This document shows positions 1 to 8,932 of a stretch of DNA of 31,007 nt, piece by piece. This DNA comes from a virus. Lineage: Duplodnaviria; Heunggongvirae; Uroviricota; Caudoviricetes. The notes under the pieces are model-generated. The model saw only the letters and a program-made list of their open reading frames with translations. It was not told the DNA's origin and did not search any database. The stretch is taken from IMG/VR virus record IMGVR_UViG_2917881069_000004, one strand, 5' to 3'. A program made the translations under genes and the position numbers. How positions within the stretch are numbered: the first letter of the stretch is position 1; every line of letters begins with the position of its first letter.

Positions 1-140
1 ATGGAGGCTAATTTTTCTATTTCTGGCAACGGGTTAATGACAGTTACTATTTTTCGAGAAGCTGATACTGACCTGAGGGATGCTGTATATGTCTGGACTG
101 TAATTGAATGGGGTTTACACACGATGGAATCTGGACCAAT

Positions 141-162
141 AAAAAAGCCCGCATCAGCGGGC
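141..162 (-). terminator. Terminator-like hairpin in the chromosomal flank
   Basis: Seen in sequence: A6 (141-146), then GCCCGC (147-152), loop atca, GCGGGC (157-162). On the minus strand the stem is followed by TTTTTTATT. About 135 nt beyond the ssrA-derived core in the direction of ssrA transcription. Confidence 0.45.
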
Positions 163-294
163 TTTAATGTCACAGGGAGTCGCGACTCCGTTGCGTATTC
201 CTTTTTTGTCCTCCCCACCGTCTGGTCGGTGTCCTGATGAGACTTCTAACTTCCTGTTTTTGTTGGTGTTGTGATAACACCATCCAATCATGAT

Positions 295-339
295 TGGTGG
301 AGCTGGCGGGAGTTGAACCCGCGTCCGAAATTCCTACAT
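295..339 (-). other. Prophage attachment-site core: 45-nt copy of the 3' end of ssrA (tmRNA), ending in CCA
   Basis: Reverse complement of 295-339 reads ATGTAGGAATTTCGGACGCGGGTTCAACTCCCGCCAGCTCCACCA, matching the 3' terminus of enterobacterial tmRNA as I recall it. Sequence to the right of 339 no longer matches ssrA, so this is a partial copy and not the gene. Confidence 0.75.
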
Positions 340-489
340 ACCATTTTTACCATAACAAAAACATTAAGTTTCATTTAAAATCAGTCTGTTATTGTTGTTT
401 TGTGTTTGTCCGTTTTACGCTTTTTTAATGCTCTGCCGCCAAAATGCCGCCACATTGTAGGTATTAAGTCTACTATTTATCACCTGTTG

Positions 490-1387
490 TTAAGACACGC
501 GGGCATCGTACCCATACAAGTCTTGAAAGCATGAGTAAAACAATTCTTGATTGTTGAGTTCGCCCTTTGTTTCCGGTATTTCACTCTGTAGAAAATTTTT
601 ATTAATTGTCCACTCAATAGCTAAAGTATTAGTGTAGTTTGTTGAACTACTAATTTTAGCATTATTAGGATGAAAAAGTTGCTGTATAAATTCAATATCT
701 GAATCAAGTGAAATAAAATGTATGTTTGCATTATCTTTTAATCTATCATCAAATCTAAGTTGGATAGTGGTTTTGTAATGATTAAAATCAGCAATTGGGT
801 TATAAGATGAAAAATTTTTACTTTTAAATTTTAATATCTTCTCAGCTCGTTGGCTTCCAAAGATATACATCAGAGCTACAATTGTAAACGGTTGGTTTTT
901 AAATTCATTAAACTCGTTTACTATCTCTTTAAACTCATAATATGTATTCTCTCGTTGTTCTACTTTCTTTGTTTCCCCTATTTTTTCTTGTAGCTTATCA
1001 AGGAATTTTGTTTTTTTATCTATTAATCTGTCAGTTTCTTTTTCATATATTATTTTTGATAGTTTATTTACATTGGATGTTAGGAAATCATAATCAGTGT
1101 TAGCTTCTTTAATAAATGATTTTACAATTTCACTATCCTCTATAATTAATTTTCTTATTTTTTTATTAGGTGTTTTTATGATTTCTAATTTGCCGTTACT
1201 GTCAAGTTTTTTTATGGGTTTTTCCTTCTATTATTGATAGTAAAGGTGAGAAAGTATTTCCTTTGATATCTAATGCTTTTAATTTATTAAGCATATCAAT
1301 TCTATTAGGTTCTGGGATATTAGAAGAATTGTTGTGCTTATTCATTAGATCAATTATGTTTCGATCTAAAAGGTAGAGCTCTGTCAT
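490..1387 (-). CDS. AT-rich cargo ORF of unknown function, about 298 aa if joined; split by a 1-nt frame shift at a T7/A7 tract
   Basis: Track ORFs 1202..1387 (61 aa) and 490..870 are parts of one reading frame. By hand translation the frame of 490..870 stays open up to 1227, and removing one A from the A7 run (plus-strand T7 at 1207-1213) fuses the 61-aa ORF to it (..THKK-LDSNGKLEII..). Composition is strongly AT-rich compared with the phage backbone. The N-terminus LYLLDRNIIDL resembles the first strand of PIN-like nuclease folds (weak, by eye). Confidence 0.5.
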
Positions 1388-1399
1388 AATAATTACCTT

Positions 1400-2425
1400 T
1401 TAATTAGTAGAAAAAAGAGTGGCTAAAGGATTTTTTGTCACCGCATCTTCAAGATGCTCTGGTGCGAAATGAGCATAAATCATGGTCATTTTTATATCGG
1501 TATGGCCTAAAATTTCTTTAAGCACAAGTATATTACCGCCATTCATCATAAAGTGGCTGGCGAATGTATGGCGTAGCACGTGGGTGCATTGTCCTTCTGG
1601 CAGTTCGATACCGGCCCGCTTTACTGCCCGCTCAAAGGCTTTTCTGCATGGTGTGAATAATTTCCCTCTATTTTTGGGAAGTTCGTCATACAGATCCTGA
1701 GATATTGGCACGGTACGGTTTTTCTTGCCCTTCGTCTTGGTGTATGTGATGCGGTATTTTGACAACTGGTGTCCCTGCAGATTTTCTGCTTCACTCCAGC
1801 GTGCTCCGGTGGCCAGGCATATTTTTGCAATCATCAGCAGGCTGGGGCTTTGAGAATCTGCGCAGGCATCCAACAGGCGCTTGATTTCGTCCATGGAAAG
1901 AAAGGCCAGCTCACCTTCAGCAATTTTAAATGTAGGAAGTCCTGCCAGTGGGTTTGGTGCTGACCAGTGTCCCAGCTTTTTCAGTGTGCCAAAAACCGAT
2001 GACAGGTTGCGTTGTTCAAGATTTACCGTGCGGGGCTTAACAGGCGACATAAGCGCGCCATCTTCATTTCGCACTTCACCCTTTAGCCGTGCTTCCCGGT
2101 ATTTCGTAAAATCACCGGCGGTCAGTTCTGAAGCGATGGGATCGCCCAGACCATTACAGATAATTTTAAGTTTCGCCATCAGGCGTTTGGGGTCAGCAAG
2201 CGTCTGTCCGTAAAGTGAGTACCATTGTTCAATCACTTCTGACAAATGTCGCCGATCTTCCTTTTCCCCCAGCCACGGTTTTTTGTTCACTTCTTCCATT
2301 GTGAAACGTTCAAACGCAATGGCTTCGCCTTTTGTCGCAAATTGTTTACGTACGCGTTTGCCATCTCGCCCGTTTGGGTAGCATTCACATAACCACTTTC
2401 CGTTCGGCTGTTTTCTGATCGTCAT
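1400..2425 (-). CDS. int: Tyrosine integrase (P2 Int-like)
   Basis: 341 aa. C-terminal catalytic signature visible (ARWSE, VLRHTFASH, HTDIKMTMIYAH). Adjacent to the att core. Start lies 2 nt beyond the cI stop, suggesting a cI-int operon. Confidence 0.9.
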   Translation of the reverse strand: MTIRKQPNGKWLCECYPNGRDGKRVRKQFATKGEAIAFERFTMEEVNKKPWLGEKEDRRHLSEVIEQWYSLYGQTLADPKRLMAKLKIICNGLGDPIASELTAGDFTKYREARLKGEVRNEDGALMSPVKPRTVNLEQRNLSSVFGTLKKLGHWSAPNPLAGLPTFKIAEGELAFLSMDEIKRLLDACADSQSPSLLMIAKICLATGARWSEAENLQGHQLSKYRITYTKTKGKKNRTVPISQDLYDELPKNRGKLFTPCRKAFERAVKRAGIELPEGQCTHVLRHTFASHFMMNGGNILVLKEILGHTDIKMTMIYAHFAPEHLEDAVTKNPLATLFSTN

Positions 2426-2427
2426 TA

Positions 2428-3066
2428 TTAGATGCTCTTAATCACTTTTACCACACGCCCTACAACGGCTACGTCATCAACTGCACATTCAAAGGTTGTT
2501 TCTTCCTGATGAACAACAAGCTTATTTCCGGGAATTCGAGCTACTTTTACGATGCTTTTCACTCCATCAATATCAACAAGCCAAGAGCCATTACTGATCT
2601 GTTTTACAGATACATCAACAATAAAACTTTCTGTTGTCGTTTGTATGAATAGATAGTTTGACGAATCGCCCTCAACCAACCTGCTATCTAATAAAATTTC
2701 GTCATATGATTGAAGTTCACCATTTCTTAATTCTGTGTATTTGATACTGGGAGCTACGATTTTAGAAAGTGGTCTAATTGTGACGTCATTATCATTTTTG
2801 AGAATGTTTGAGTCACAGTTATCTGCATACATATCACCCTGTCCGGTTGCCAACCAAAGAAGCGAGATCCCGGTTTCTAGAGCACATTGAATTACCCACT
2901 CTGCTGGAAAGCTATCTCTTAAGTATCTGTTTGCCATGGTGCTTTTAGATACTTTTAAGTGTTCGCAGAGTTGTTGGCGTGAGCTGAAATTGTAGGCTTT
3001 TATCAGCCTGTTGATGGCATCACGACCCCCACTATCGTTTCCACCCTTGATTAGACTCATAATCAA
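2428..3066 (-). CDS. cI: Immunity repressor, 186-type CI family
   Basis: 212 aa. Position between int and the divergent early operon. N-terminal HTH-like region (CALETGISLLWLATGQG) and C-terminal motifs (WLVDIDG, FECAVDD, GRVVKVI) resemble phage 186 CI as recalled. AAGGGG sits 7 nt upstream of the ATG. Confidence 0.7.
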   Translation of the reverse strand: MIMSLIKGGNDSGGRDAINRLIKAYNFSSRQQLCEHLKVSKSTMANRYLRDSFPAEWVIQCALETGISLLWLATGQGDMYADNCDSNILKNDNDVTIRPLSKIVAPSIKYTELRNGELQSYDEILLDSRLVEGDSSNYLFIQTTTESFIVDVSVKQISNGSWLVDIDGVKSIVKVARIPGNKLVVHQEETTFECAVDDVAVVGRVVKVIKSI

Positions 3067-3071
3067 ACCCC

Positions 3072-3100
3072 TTGACGCATATAAAATGAGATCTTAATAT
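3072..3100 (+). promoter_or_regulatory. Candidate early rightward promoter (pR-like)
   Basis: TTGACG (3072-3077), 17-nt spacer, TAATAT (3095-3100), in the cI/apl divergent intergenic region. Confidence 0.45.
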
Positions 3101-3143
3101 CCATTCATGGTTTGAAAAGCAAAACCAAACCACATAAAACGAG

Positions 3144-3425
3144 ATGATACGATTACAAACTAAGAGATACTGCACTATGAGCAACGACATTTCAATTCGT
3201 GTACCAAAAGTGATGGCGACACCAGCTGAGTTCGCGGAATGGGAAGGCCGCTCTCGCGGTTCGGTATATCAAATGATTCATAATGGAAAACTCGCTAAAT
3301 TCTTGGAAAGAAAAGAAAAACCGAAAGACAGAGTATGTATACGTTACCTTGAGTACAAAAAGGAACAAGTCAGGAAAAACATGGGCCAATCCAATTTCAA
3401 CTTTAATGTCATCGTTGGTGACTAA
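3144..3425 (+). CDS. apl: Apl/Cox-like small excisionase and switch regulator
   Basis: First gene of the rightward operon facing cI; 82-93 aa depending on start (alternative ATG at 3177, MSNDIS..). Size and position match 186 Apl / P2 Cox. Family assignment is by synteny only. Confidence 0.55.
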   Translation: MIRLQTKRYCTMSNDISIRVPKVMATPAEFAEWEGRSRGSVYQMIHNGKLAKFLERKEKPKDRVCIRYLEYKKEQVRKNMGQSNFNFNVIVGD

Positions 3426-3457
3426 GTTCAATTATGAGAACTTTCTAAGGGGGCAGC

Positions 3458-3967
3458 ATGTTTGATTACAAGATTTCCAAACATCCGCATTTTGATGAAG
3501 CCTGTAGAGCTTTTGCACTACGTCACAATATGGCGAAGCTGGCAGAACGTGCAGGAATGAATGTTCAGACACTGCGAAACAAACTCAACCCAGATCAATC
3601 GCATCAGCTCACCGCACCAGAAATCTGGCTGCTTACCGATCTGACTGAAGATTCAACGCTGGTAGATGGCTTTCTGGCACAGATTCACTGCCTGCCATGC
3701 GTACCGATTAATGAAGTGGCAAAAGAGAAACTGCCGCATTACGTCATGAGTGCAACTGCAGAGATCGGGCGTGTTGCTGCAGGTGCGGTATCTGGCGATG
3801 TAAAAACCAGTGCAGGTCGTCGTGATGCTATCAGCAGCATTAACTCTGTAACACGATTGATGGCGCTGGCGGCTGTTTCATTGCAGGCCCGTTTACAGGC
3901 TAATCCTGCGATGGCGAGTGCAGTTGATACCGTGACTGGCCTCGGTGCTTCATTCGGTTTGCTGTGA
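3458..3967 (+). CDS. cII: CII-like lysogeny establishment regulator
   Basis: 169 aa, the same length as 186 CII; follows apl; strong RBS AAGGGGG before the ATG. Confidence 0.6.
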   Translation: MFDYKISKHPHFDEACRAFALRHNMAKLAERAGMNVQTLRNKLNPDQSHQLTAPEIWLLTDLTEDSTLVDGFLAQIHCLPCVPINEVAKEKLPHYVMSATAEIGRVAAGAVSGDVKTSAGRRDAISSINSVTRLMALAAVSLQARLQANPAMASAVDTVTGLGASFGLL

Positions 3968-3974
3968 GGTGCTT

Positions 3975-4366
3975 ATGCTGACGAAAGAACCATCATTTGC
4001 ATCGCTGCTGGTAAAACAAAGCCCGGCAATGCACTACGGTCACGGCTGGATCATGGGTGAGGATGGTAAACGCTGGCATCCGTGCCGTTCACAAGATGAA
4101 TTGCTGTCTGAATTGACCACGGGGAAACGGAGAAAGTCAAAATGTATGCAGCGGAAAGTGAAGTGGTTTATCAGTTTCGTTACAGAGGGGAGAGTTATTC
4201 AGTACCTGAAGATGATTTGCTCTGTTGTTATCCGTCGTTGTCGGGCGATGGCAGTTACTTTTTCACGCTAAAGGATGGGACGTTTTTACGGGGAGAGCAG
4301 GTTAAAGAGATGATACGAAAAAATATATCTCCTCTTGAGCGTTACCGTAAGAACAAAGAGCGATAG
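3975..4366 (+). CDS. Early-region hypothetical protein, about 130 aa; apparent 1-nt frame shift near 4125-4140
   Basis: Track ORFs 3945..4271 and 4142..4366 overlap in different frames. Adding one A in the agaaag run joins them (..GKRRKVKMYAAESEVVY..). Confidence 0.45.
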
Positions 4367-4388
4367 TTGCGTTTTGGGGATATGAATT

Positions 4389-4730
4389 ATGGCAATTAAT
4401 GGCGCTGCGGCGACTGTTCCATTAAGCCCAGGTGAACGCCTGAATGGACTTAATCATATTGCGGAATTAAGGGCGAAAGTATTTGGCCTGAATATTGAGT
4501 CAGAGCTTGAGCGGTTTATTAAAGATATACGTGATCCACGGGATGTTAATTATGAACGAAATAAACGGGCACTGGCTGCTATATTCTTTATAGCAAAAAT
4601 TCCAGCTGAACGTCATAGCATCAGCATTAATGAGCTGACCACTGACGAAAAGCGGGAGTTGATTAAAGTAATGAATCATCTTCGTGCAGTGGTGAGCTTA
4701 TTTCCCAGACGGCTAGCCATGCCGAATTAA
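4389..4730 (+). CDS. Early-region hypothetical protein
   Basis: 113-aa ORF co-directional with the early operon; no recognisable motif. Confidence 0.5.
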   Translation: MAINGAAATVPLSPGERLNGLNHIAELRAKVFGLNIESELERFIKDIRDPRDVNYERNKRALAAIFFIAKIPAERHSISINELTTDEKRELIKVMNHLRAVVSLFPRRLAMPN

Positions 4731-4791
4731 CCAATTAATGAAATTCATGGCGTAAACCCGCCGGGCATTCCTTTATCTAAATTCAGGAGAA

Positions 4792-5031
4792 TTGATTATG
4801 CGTAATATTGAAACCCTCTCGACTAAAACCGGACCGGATGACGCAGGACTTAATATTTTACTGACAGAGGCTCGTCTGGAAGAACGTCGGGCAAGAGCTG
4901 AAGCAATGGCAGCTCGCCTTGATAGCCTTGCGTGCCATATCACATCCCGCCAGCTAAACCACGTTGAAGCGGCTGAACTGCTGCGTGTGGCAGCTGAAGC
5001 AATCCAGAACGAAGCGCAGGAGATCCACTAA
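4792..5031 (+). CDS. Early-region hypothetical protein
   Basis: 79-aa ORF (alternative ATG at 4798 preceded by CAGGAGA); stop overlaps the next start. Confidence 0.5.
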   Translation: MIMRNIETLSTKTGPDDAGLNILLTEARLEERRARAEAMAARLDSLACHITSRQLNHVEAAELLRVAAEAIQNEAQEIH

Positions 5032-5258
5032 TGGCTGATGCAATGGATCTCGTACAGCAGCGCGTTGAAGAAGAACGCCAGCGTCATATCCGTGCCGCCC
5101 GTGCCAAAACGCCGGGCGTGTCCCGCGTGCTTTGCATTGAGTGTGAAGCGCCAATTCCGCCAGCACGCCGCCGTGCCATTCCGGATGTGCAGCTTTGCAT
5201 TACCTGTCAGGAAATCGCAGAGCTGAAAGGCAAACATTACAACGGAGGTGCTGTATGA
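5031..5258 (+). CDS. TraR/DksA-family C4 zinc-finger protein
   Basis: 75 aa with CIEC...x17...CITC, the CxxC-x17-CxxC spacing typical of TraR/DksA-type phage proteins. Its stop overlaps the Dam start (ATGA). Confidence 0.7.
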   Translation: MADAMDLVQQRVEEERQRHIRAARAKTPGVSRVLCIECEAPIPPARRRAIPDVQLCITCQEIAELKGKHYNGGAV

Positions 5259-6112
5259 GCACCATCCTGAAATGGGCGGGAAATAAAACCGCCATTATGT
5301 CCGAACTGAAAAAGCATCTTCCTGCTGGCCCGCGACTGGTTGAACCTTTCGCGGGTTCCTGTGCAGTGATGATGGAGACGGAGTACCCCAGCTATCTTGT
5401 TGCGGATATTAATCCTGATTTAATCAACCTCTATAAAAAGGTTGCTGCTGATTGTGAATCGTTTATATCTCGCGCCAGAGTTTTATTTGAGATCGCAAAC
5501 AGGGAGGTGGCTTATTACAACATAAGGCAGGAGTTTAATTACTCAACTGAAATTACTGATTTCATGAAAGCGGTATATTTCCTGTATCTCAATCGTCACG
5601 GTTACCGTGGTTTATGTCGCTATAACAAGAGCGGGCATTTCAACATTCCCTACGGTAATTATAAAAATCCGTATTTCCCTGAAAAAGAAATTCGCGCATT
5701 TGCAGAAAAAGCCCAGCGAGCAACGTTTATCTGCGCCAGCTTTGATGAAACGCTGGCGATGTTGAAGGCGGGGGATGTGGTGTATTGCGATCCGCCGTAT
5801 GACGGTACGTTTTCCGGCTATCACACTGATGGCTTCACTGAGGATGACCAGTATCACCTGGCATCCGTTCTTGAACATCGATCATCTGAAGGTCATCCGG
5901 TCATTGTTTCTAACAGTGACACATCCCTGATTCGTTCGCTGTATCGCAATTTCACTCACCACTACATCAAGGCAAAACGCAGCATCGGCGTGTCGGCTGG
6001 CGAGAGTAAATCTGCAACAGAAATCATTGCTGTTTCCGGGGCGCGCTGCTGGGTGGGATTTGATCCTTCGCGTGGCGTGGATAGTTCTGCTGTGTACGAG
6101 GTGCGTGTATGA
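5255..6112 (+). CDS. dam: DNA N6-adenine methyltransferase (Dam-like), orphan
   Basis: About 285 aa starting [11 protein letters not shown] with GGAGG 7 nt upstream. Motif I-like PFAGSCAV and catalytic DPPY ([10 protein letters not shown]) are present. No adjacent restriction endonuclease candidate. Confidence 0.85.
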   Translation: MSTILKWAGNKTAIMSELKKHLPAGPRLVEPFAGSCAVMMETEYPSYLVADINPDLINLYKKVAADCESFISRARVLFEIANREVAYYNIRQEFNYSTEITDFMKAVYFLYLNRHGYRGLCRYNKSGHFNIPYGNYKNPYFPEKEIRAFAEKAQRATFICASFDETLAMLKAGDVVYCDPPYDGTFSGYHTDGFTEDDQYHLASVLEHRSSEGHPVIVSNSDTSLIRSLYRNFTHHYIKAKRSIGVSAGESKSATEIIAVSGARCWVGFDPSRGVDSSAVYEVRV

Positions 6113-8522
6113 GTCATGACGATATGAGCAACTCTAGCGGCTTTAACGAGGCCGCAGCAGCATTTTCATGGAACGGCCCGAAAAAGGCCATTAACCCTTA
6201 TCTGGACCCGGCGGAAGTTGCGCCGGTTTCTGCGCTTTCAAACCTGATCACTCTGTACGCTGCCGATAACGAGCAGGAACAACTGCGCCGCGAGGCACTG
6301 AGTGATCAGGTCTGGGAGCGTTATTTCTTTAATGAATCCCGTGATCCTGTCCAACGCGAAATGGAGCAGGATAAGCTCATTAGCCGGGCAAAGCTGGCGC
6401 ATGAGCAGCAGCGTTTTAATCCAGATATGGTCATTCTGGCGGACGTCAATGCCCAGCCTTCCCATATCAGCAAGCCGCTGATGCAACGTATTGAATACTT
6501 CAGCAGCCTGGGCAGGCCAAAGGCTTATTCCCGCTATTTGCGTGAGACGATTAAGCCATGTCTGGAACGACTGGAGCATGTACGCGACAGTCAGCTATCC
6601 ACTTCTTTTCGCTTTATGGCAAGCCATGAAGGGCTGGACGGCCTGCTGATCCTGCCTGAAATGAGTCAGGATCAGGTGAAACGCTTGTCTACCCTTGTCG
6701 CTGCGCATATGAGCATGTGCCTTGATGCAGCTTGTGGCGATTTGTATGTCACCGATGACGTTAAGCCAGAAGAAATCCGCAATACATGGGAAAAGGTGGC
6801 AGCGGAAACCCTGCGTCTGGATGTCATCCCGCCTGCGTTTGAGCAACTCCGCCGGAAAAGAAACCGCCGTAAACCCGTGCCCTATGAACTCATTCCGGGT
6901 TCGCTGGCGCGTATGTTGTGCGCTGACTGGTGGTACCGGAAATTATGGAAGATGCGTTGCGAATGGCGGGAAGAGCAGTTGCGTGCTGTCTGCCTGGTCA
7001 GCAAAAAAGCATCTCCCTATGTCAGCTATGAAGCCGTGATGCATAAACGTGAGCAGCGCCGTAAGTCGCTGGAGTTTTTTCGTTCTCATGAACTGGTGAA
7101 CGAAGACGGCGACACGCTGGACATGGAGGATGTGGTAAACGCCAGCAGCAGCAACTCTGCGCATCGCCGCAATGAGATGATGGCCTGTGTTAAAGGCCTG
7201 GAGCTTATCGCGGAAATGCGCGGTGACTGCGCCGTTTTCTACACCATCACCTGTCCGTCACGTTTCCATTCCACGCTAAATAACGGCAGGCCCAACCCGA
7301 CCTGGACAAATGCGACGGTAAGACAAAGCAGTGATTATCTGGTCGGCATGTTTGCTGCATTTCGTAAGGCGATGCACAAAGCCGGATTGCGCTGGTATGG
7401 CGTGCGGGTGGCTGAGCCGCATCATGACGGTACAGTTCACTGGCACCTGTTGTGTTTTATGCGCAAAAAAGATCGCCGCGCCATTACTGCTTTGTTGCGT
7501 AAGTTTGCCATTCGTGAAGACCGCGAGGAGCTGGGGAATAACACGGGACCACGCTTTAAGTCTGAGTTGATTAACCCGCGCAAAGGAACGCCGACAAGCT
7601 ACATCGCGAAATATATCAGCAAGAACATTGACGGGCGTGGTCTGGCTGGCGAGATCAGCAAGGAAACGGGTAAATCTCTGCGTGATAACGCTGAATACGT
7701 TAATGCCTGGGCGTCTCTGCATCGTGTTCAGCAATTCCGCTTCTTTGGTATTCCGGGGCGTCAGGCTTACCGTGAACTGCGATTGCTGGCTGGTCAGGCG
7801 GCAAGGCAACAGGGCGACAAAAAGCAGGTGCGCCGGTACTGGATAACCCGCGCCTTGATGCCATCCTGGCTGCTGCTGATGCTGGTTGTTTTGCCACTTA
7901 CATCATGAAGCAGGGTGGTGTACTGGTTCCCCGCAAATATCACCTCATCAGAACTGCTTATGAAATTAACGAAGAGCCGACCGCCTATGGCGATCACGGC
8001 ATTCGTATTTATGGCATCTGGTCACCCATTGCAGAGGGCAAGATCTGCACTCATGCAGTGAAGTGGAAAATGGTTCGTAAAGCCGTTGACGTTCAGGAGG
8101 CGGTAGCCGACCAGGGCGCTTGCGCCCCTTGGACTCGTGGCAATAACTGTCCCCTTGCTGAAAATTTGAACCAACATGAGAAAGATAAATCAGCAGACGG
8201 GGATACCAGAACGGACATTTCCTGCATGGATGACAAGGAATTGCACGATTACCTGCACAGTATGGGCAAAAAAGAGCACCGGGAACTGGCAGCAAGATTA
8301 CGCCTGGTTAAACCGAAACGGCGTAAAGACCACAAACAGCGAATTACAGACCATCAGCGTCAGCAGCTCGTCTATGAACTGAAGTCCAGAGGATTTGATG
8401 GCAGCGAGAAAGAAGTCGATTTACTGCTTCGTGGCGGCAGTATTCCGTCAGGAGCAGGCCTGCGTATCTTCTATCGGAACCAGCGTTTGCAGGAAGATGA
8501 TAAGTGGCGGGATCTGTATTAA
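6109..8522 (+). CDS. A: Rolling-circle replication initiator (P2 gpA-like); apparent 1-nt frame shift near 7810-7820
   Basis: HUH-type motif [10 protein letters not shown]. Track ORFs 6109..7908 and 7905..8522 are continuous in sense (..QGDKK / [32 protein letters not shown]..) if the A5 run is A6. Confidence 0.8.
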
Positions 8523-8615
8523 TTACGCGGGTTAACAATTCGTGCTCTTAATAATACCAGGCATATCAGGCTGATGAACGTAAAAAAAACGTTTTACATC
8601 AGTAAGATTATTATA

Positions 8616-8635
8616 TACTGTAAATATAAACAGTG
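8616..8635 (+). promoter_or_regulatory. LexA (SOS) box overlapping a candidate promoter
   Basis: TACTGTAAATATAAACAGTG fits CTGT-N8-ACAG and matches 17 of 20 positions of the consensus TACTGTATATATATACAGTA. A -35-like TTTACA lies at 8593-8598. The box is 42 nt upstream of the 8677 ATG. Confidence 0.7.
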
Positions 8636-8676
8636 GTTATATATACAGTGTTGCGTATGGTGTTATAGGAGGAAAG

Positions 8677-8865
8677 ATGCAGGACTATTTTTGGGAGTCT
8701 TTGAAGCTCCAGCGCATTGATTTTTTTCTTAAGCTTGTAGCGGCTAGTGAGTGTAGCGATGAAGAGAAGGGGCTGGCTCTGCAGTGGGTTTCTGAATTGA
8801 CTGATGAGTTGATGGCGAAAATTCGAAGCCATGAATACAGTAGGTCGATGGATGTAATCAGTTGA
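8677..8865 (+). CDS. Small protein (62 aa) under a LexA box; candidate SOS-induced antirepressor or moron
   Basis: Strong RBS (TAGGAGGAAAG then ATG). Occupies the position of 186 tum (between A and cos) in a phage with a 186-type CI. No sequence resemblance to DinI recognised. Confidence 0.55.
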   Translation: MQDYFWESLKLQRIDFFLKLVAASECSDEEKGLALQWVSELTDELMAKIRSHEYSRSMDVIS

Positions 8866-8898
8866 GCTTGTTTCGTTAGGACTTGATAAGGGAACCGA

Positions 8899-8919
8899 AA
8901 AGGGGCATTAAGCCCCTTT
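8899..8919. terminator. Bidirectional hairpin between convergent genes
   Basis: AAAGGGGC-attaa-GCCCCTTT, an 8-bp stem, between the stop of 8677..8865 (+) and the stop of 8933..9232 (-). Flanking U-tracts are short. Confidence 0.45.
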
Positions 8920-8932
8920 CTCATAAGTTGAT

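Noticed and set aside
1-237. 78-codon plus-strand ORF at the very start of the window
   Set aside because: It lies in the chromosomal flank outside the prophage, has no RBS that I can see and runs straight through a terminator hairpin. More likely non-coding.
295-339. Complete tmRNA or tRNA gene
   Set aside because: Only the terminal 45 nt of ssrA are present; upstream ssrA sequence is replaced by phage DNA.
1207-1213. A7 tract as a phase-variation switch for the cargo gene
   Set aside because: Not excluded, but the same class of homopolymer frame shift occurs in about ten essential phage genes in this record, so artefact is the more economical reading.
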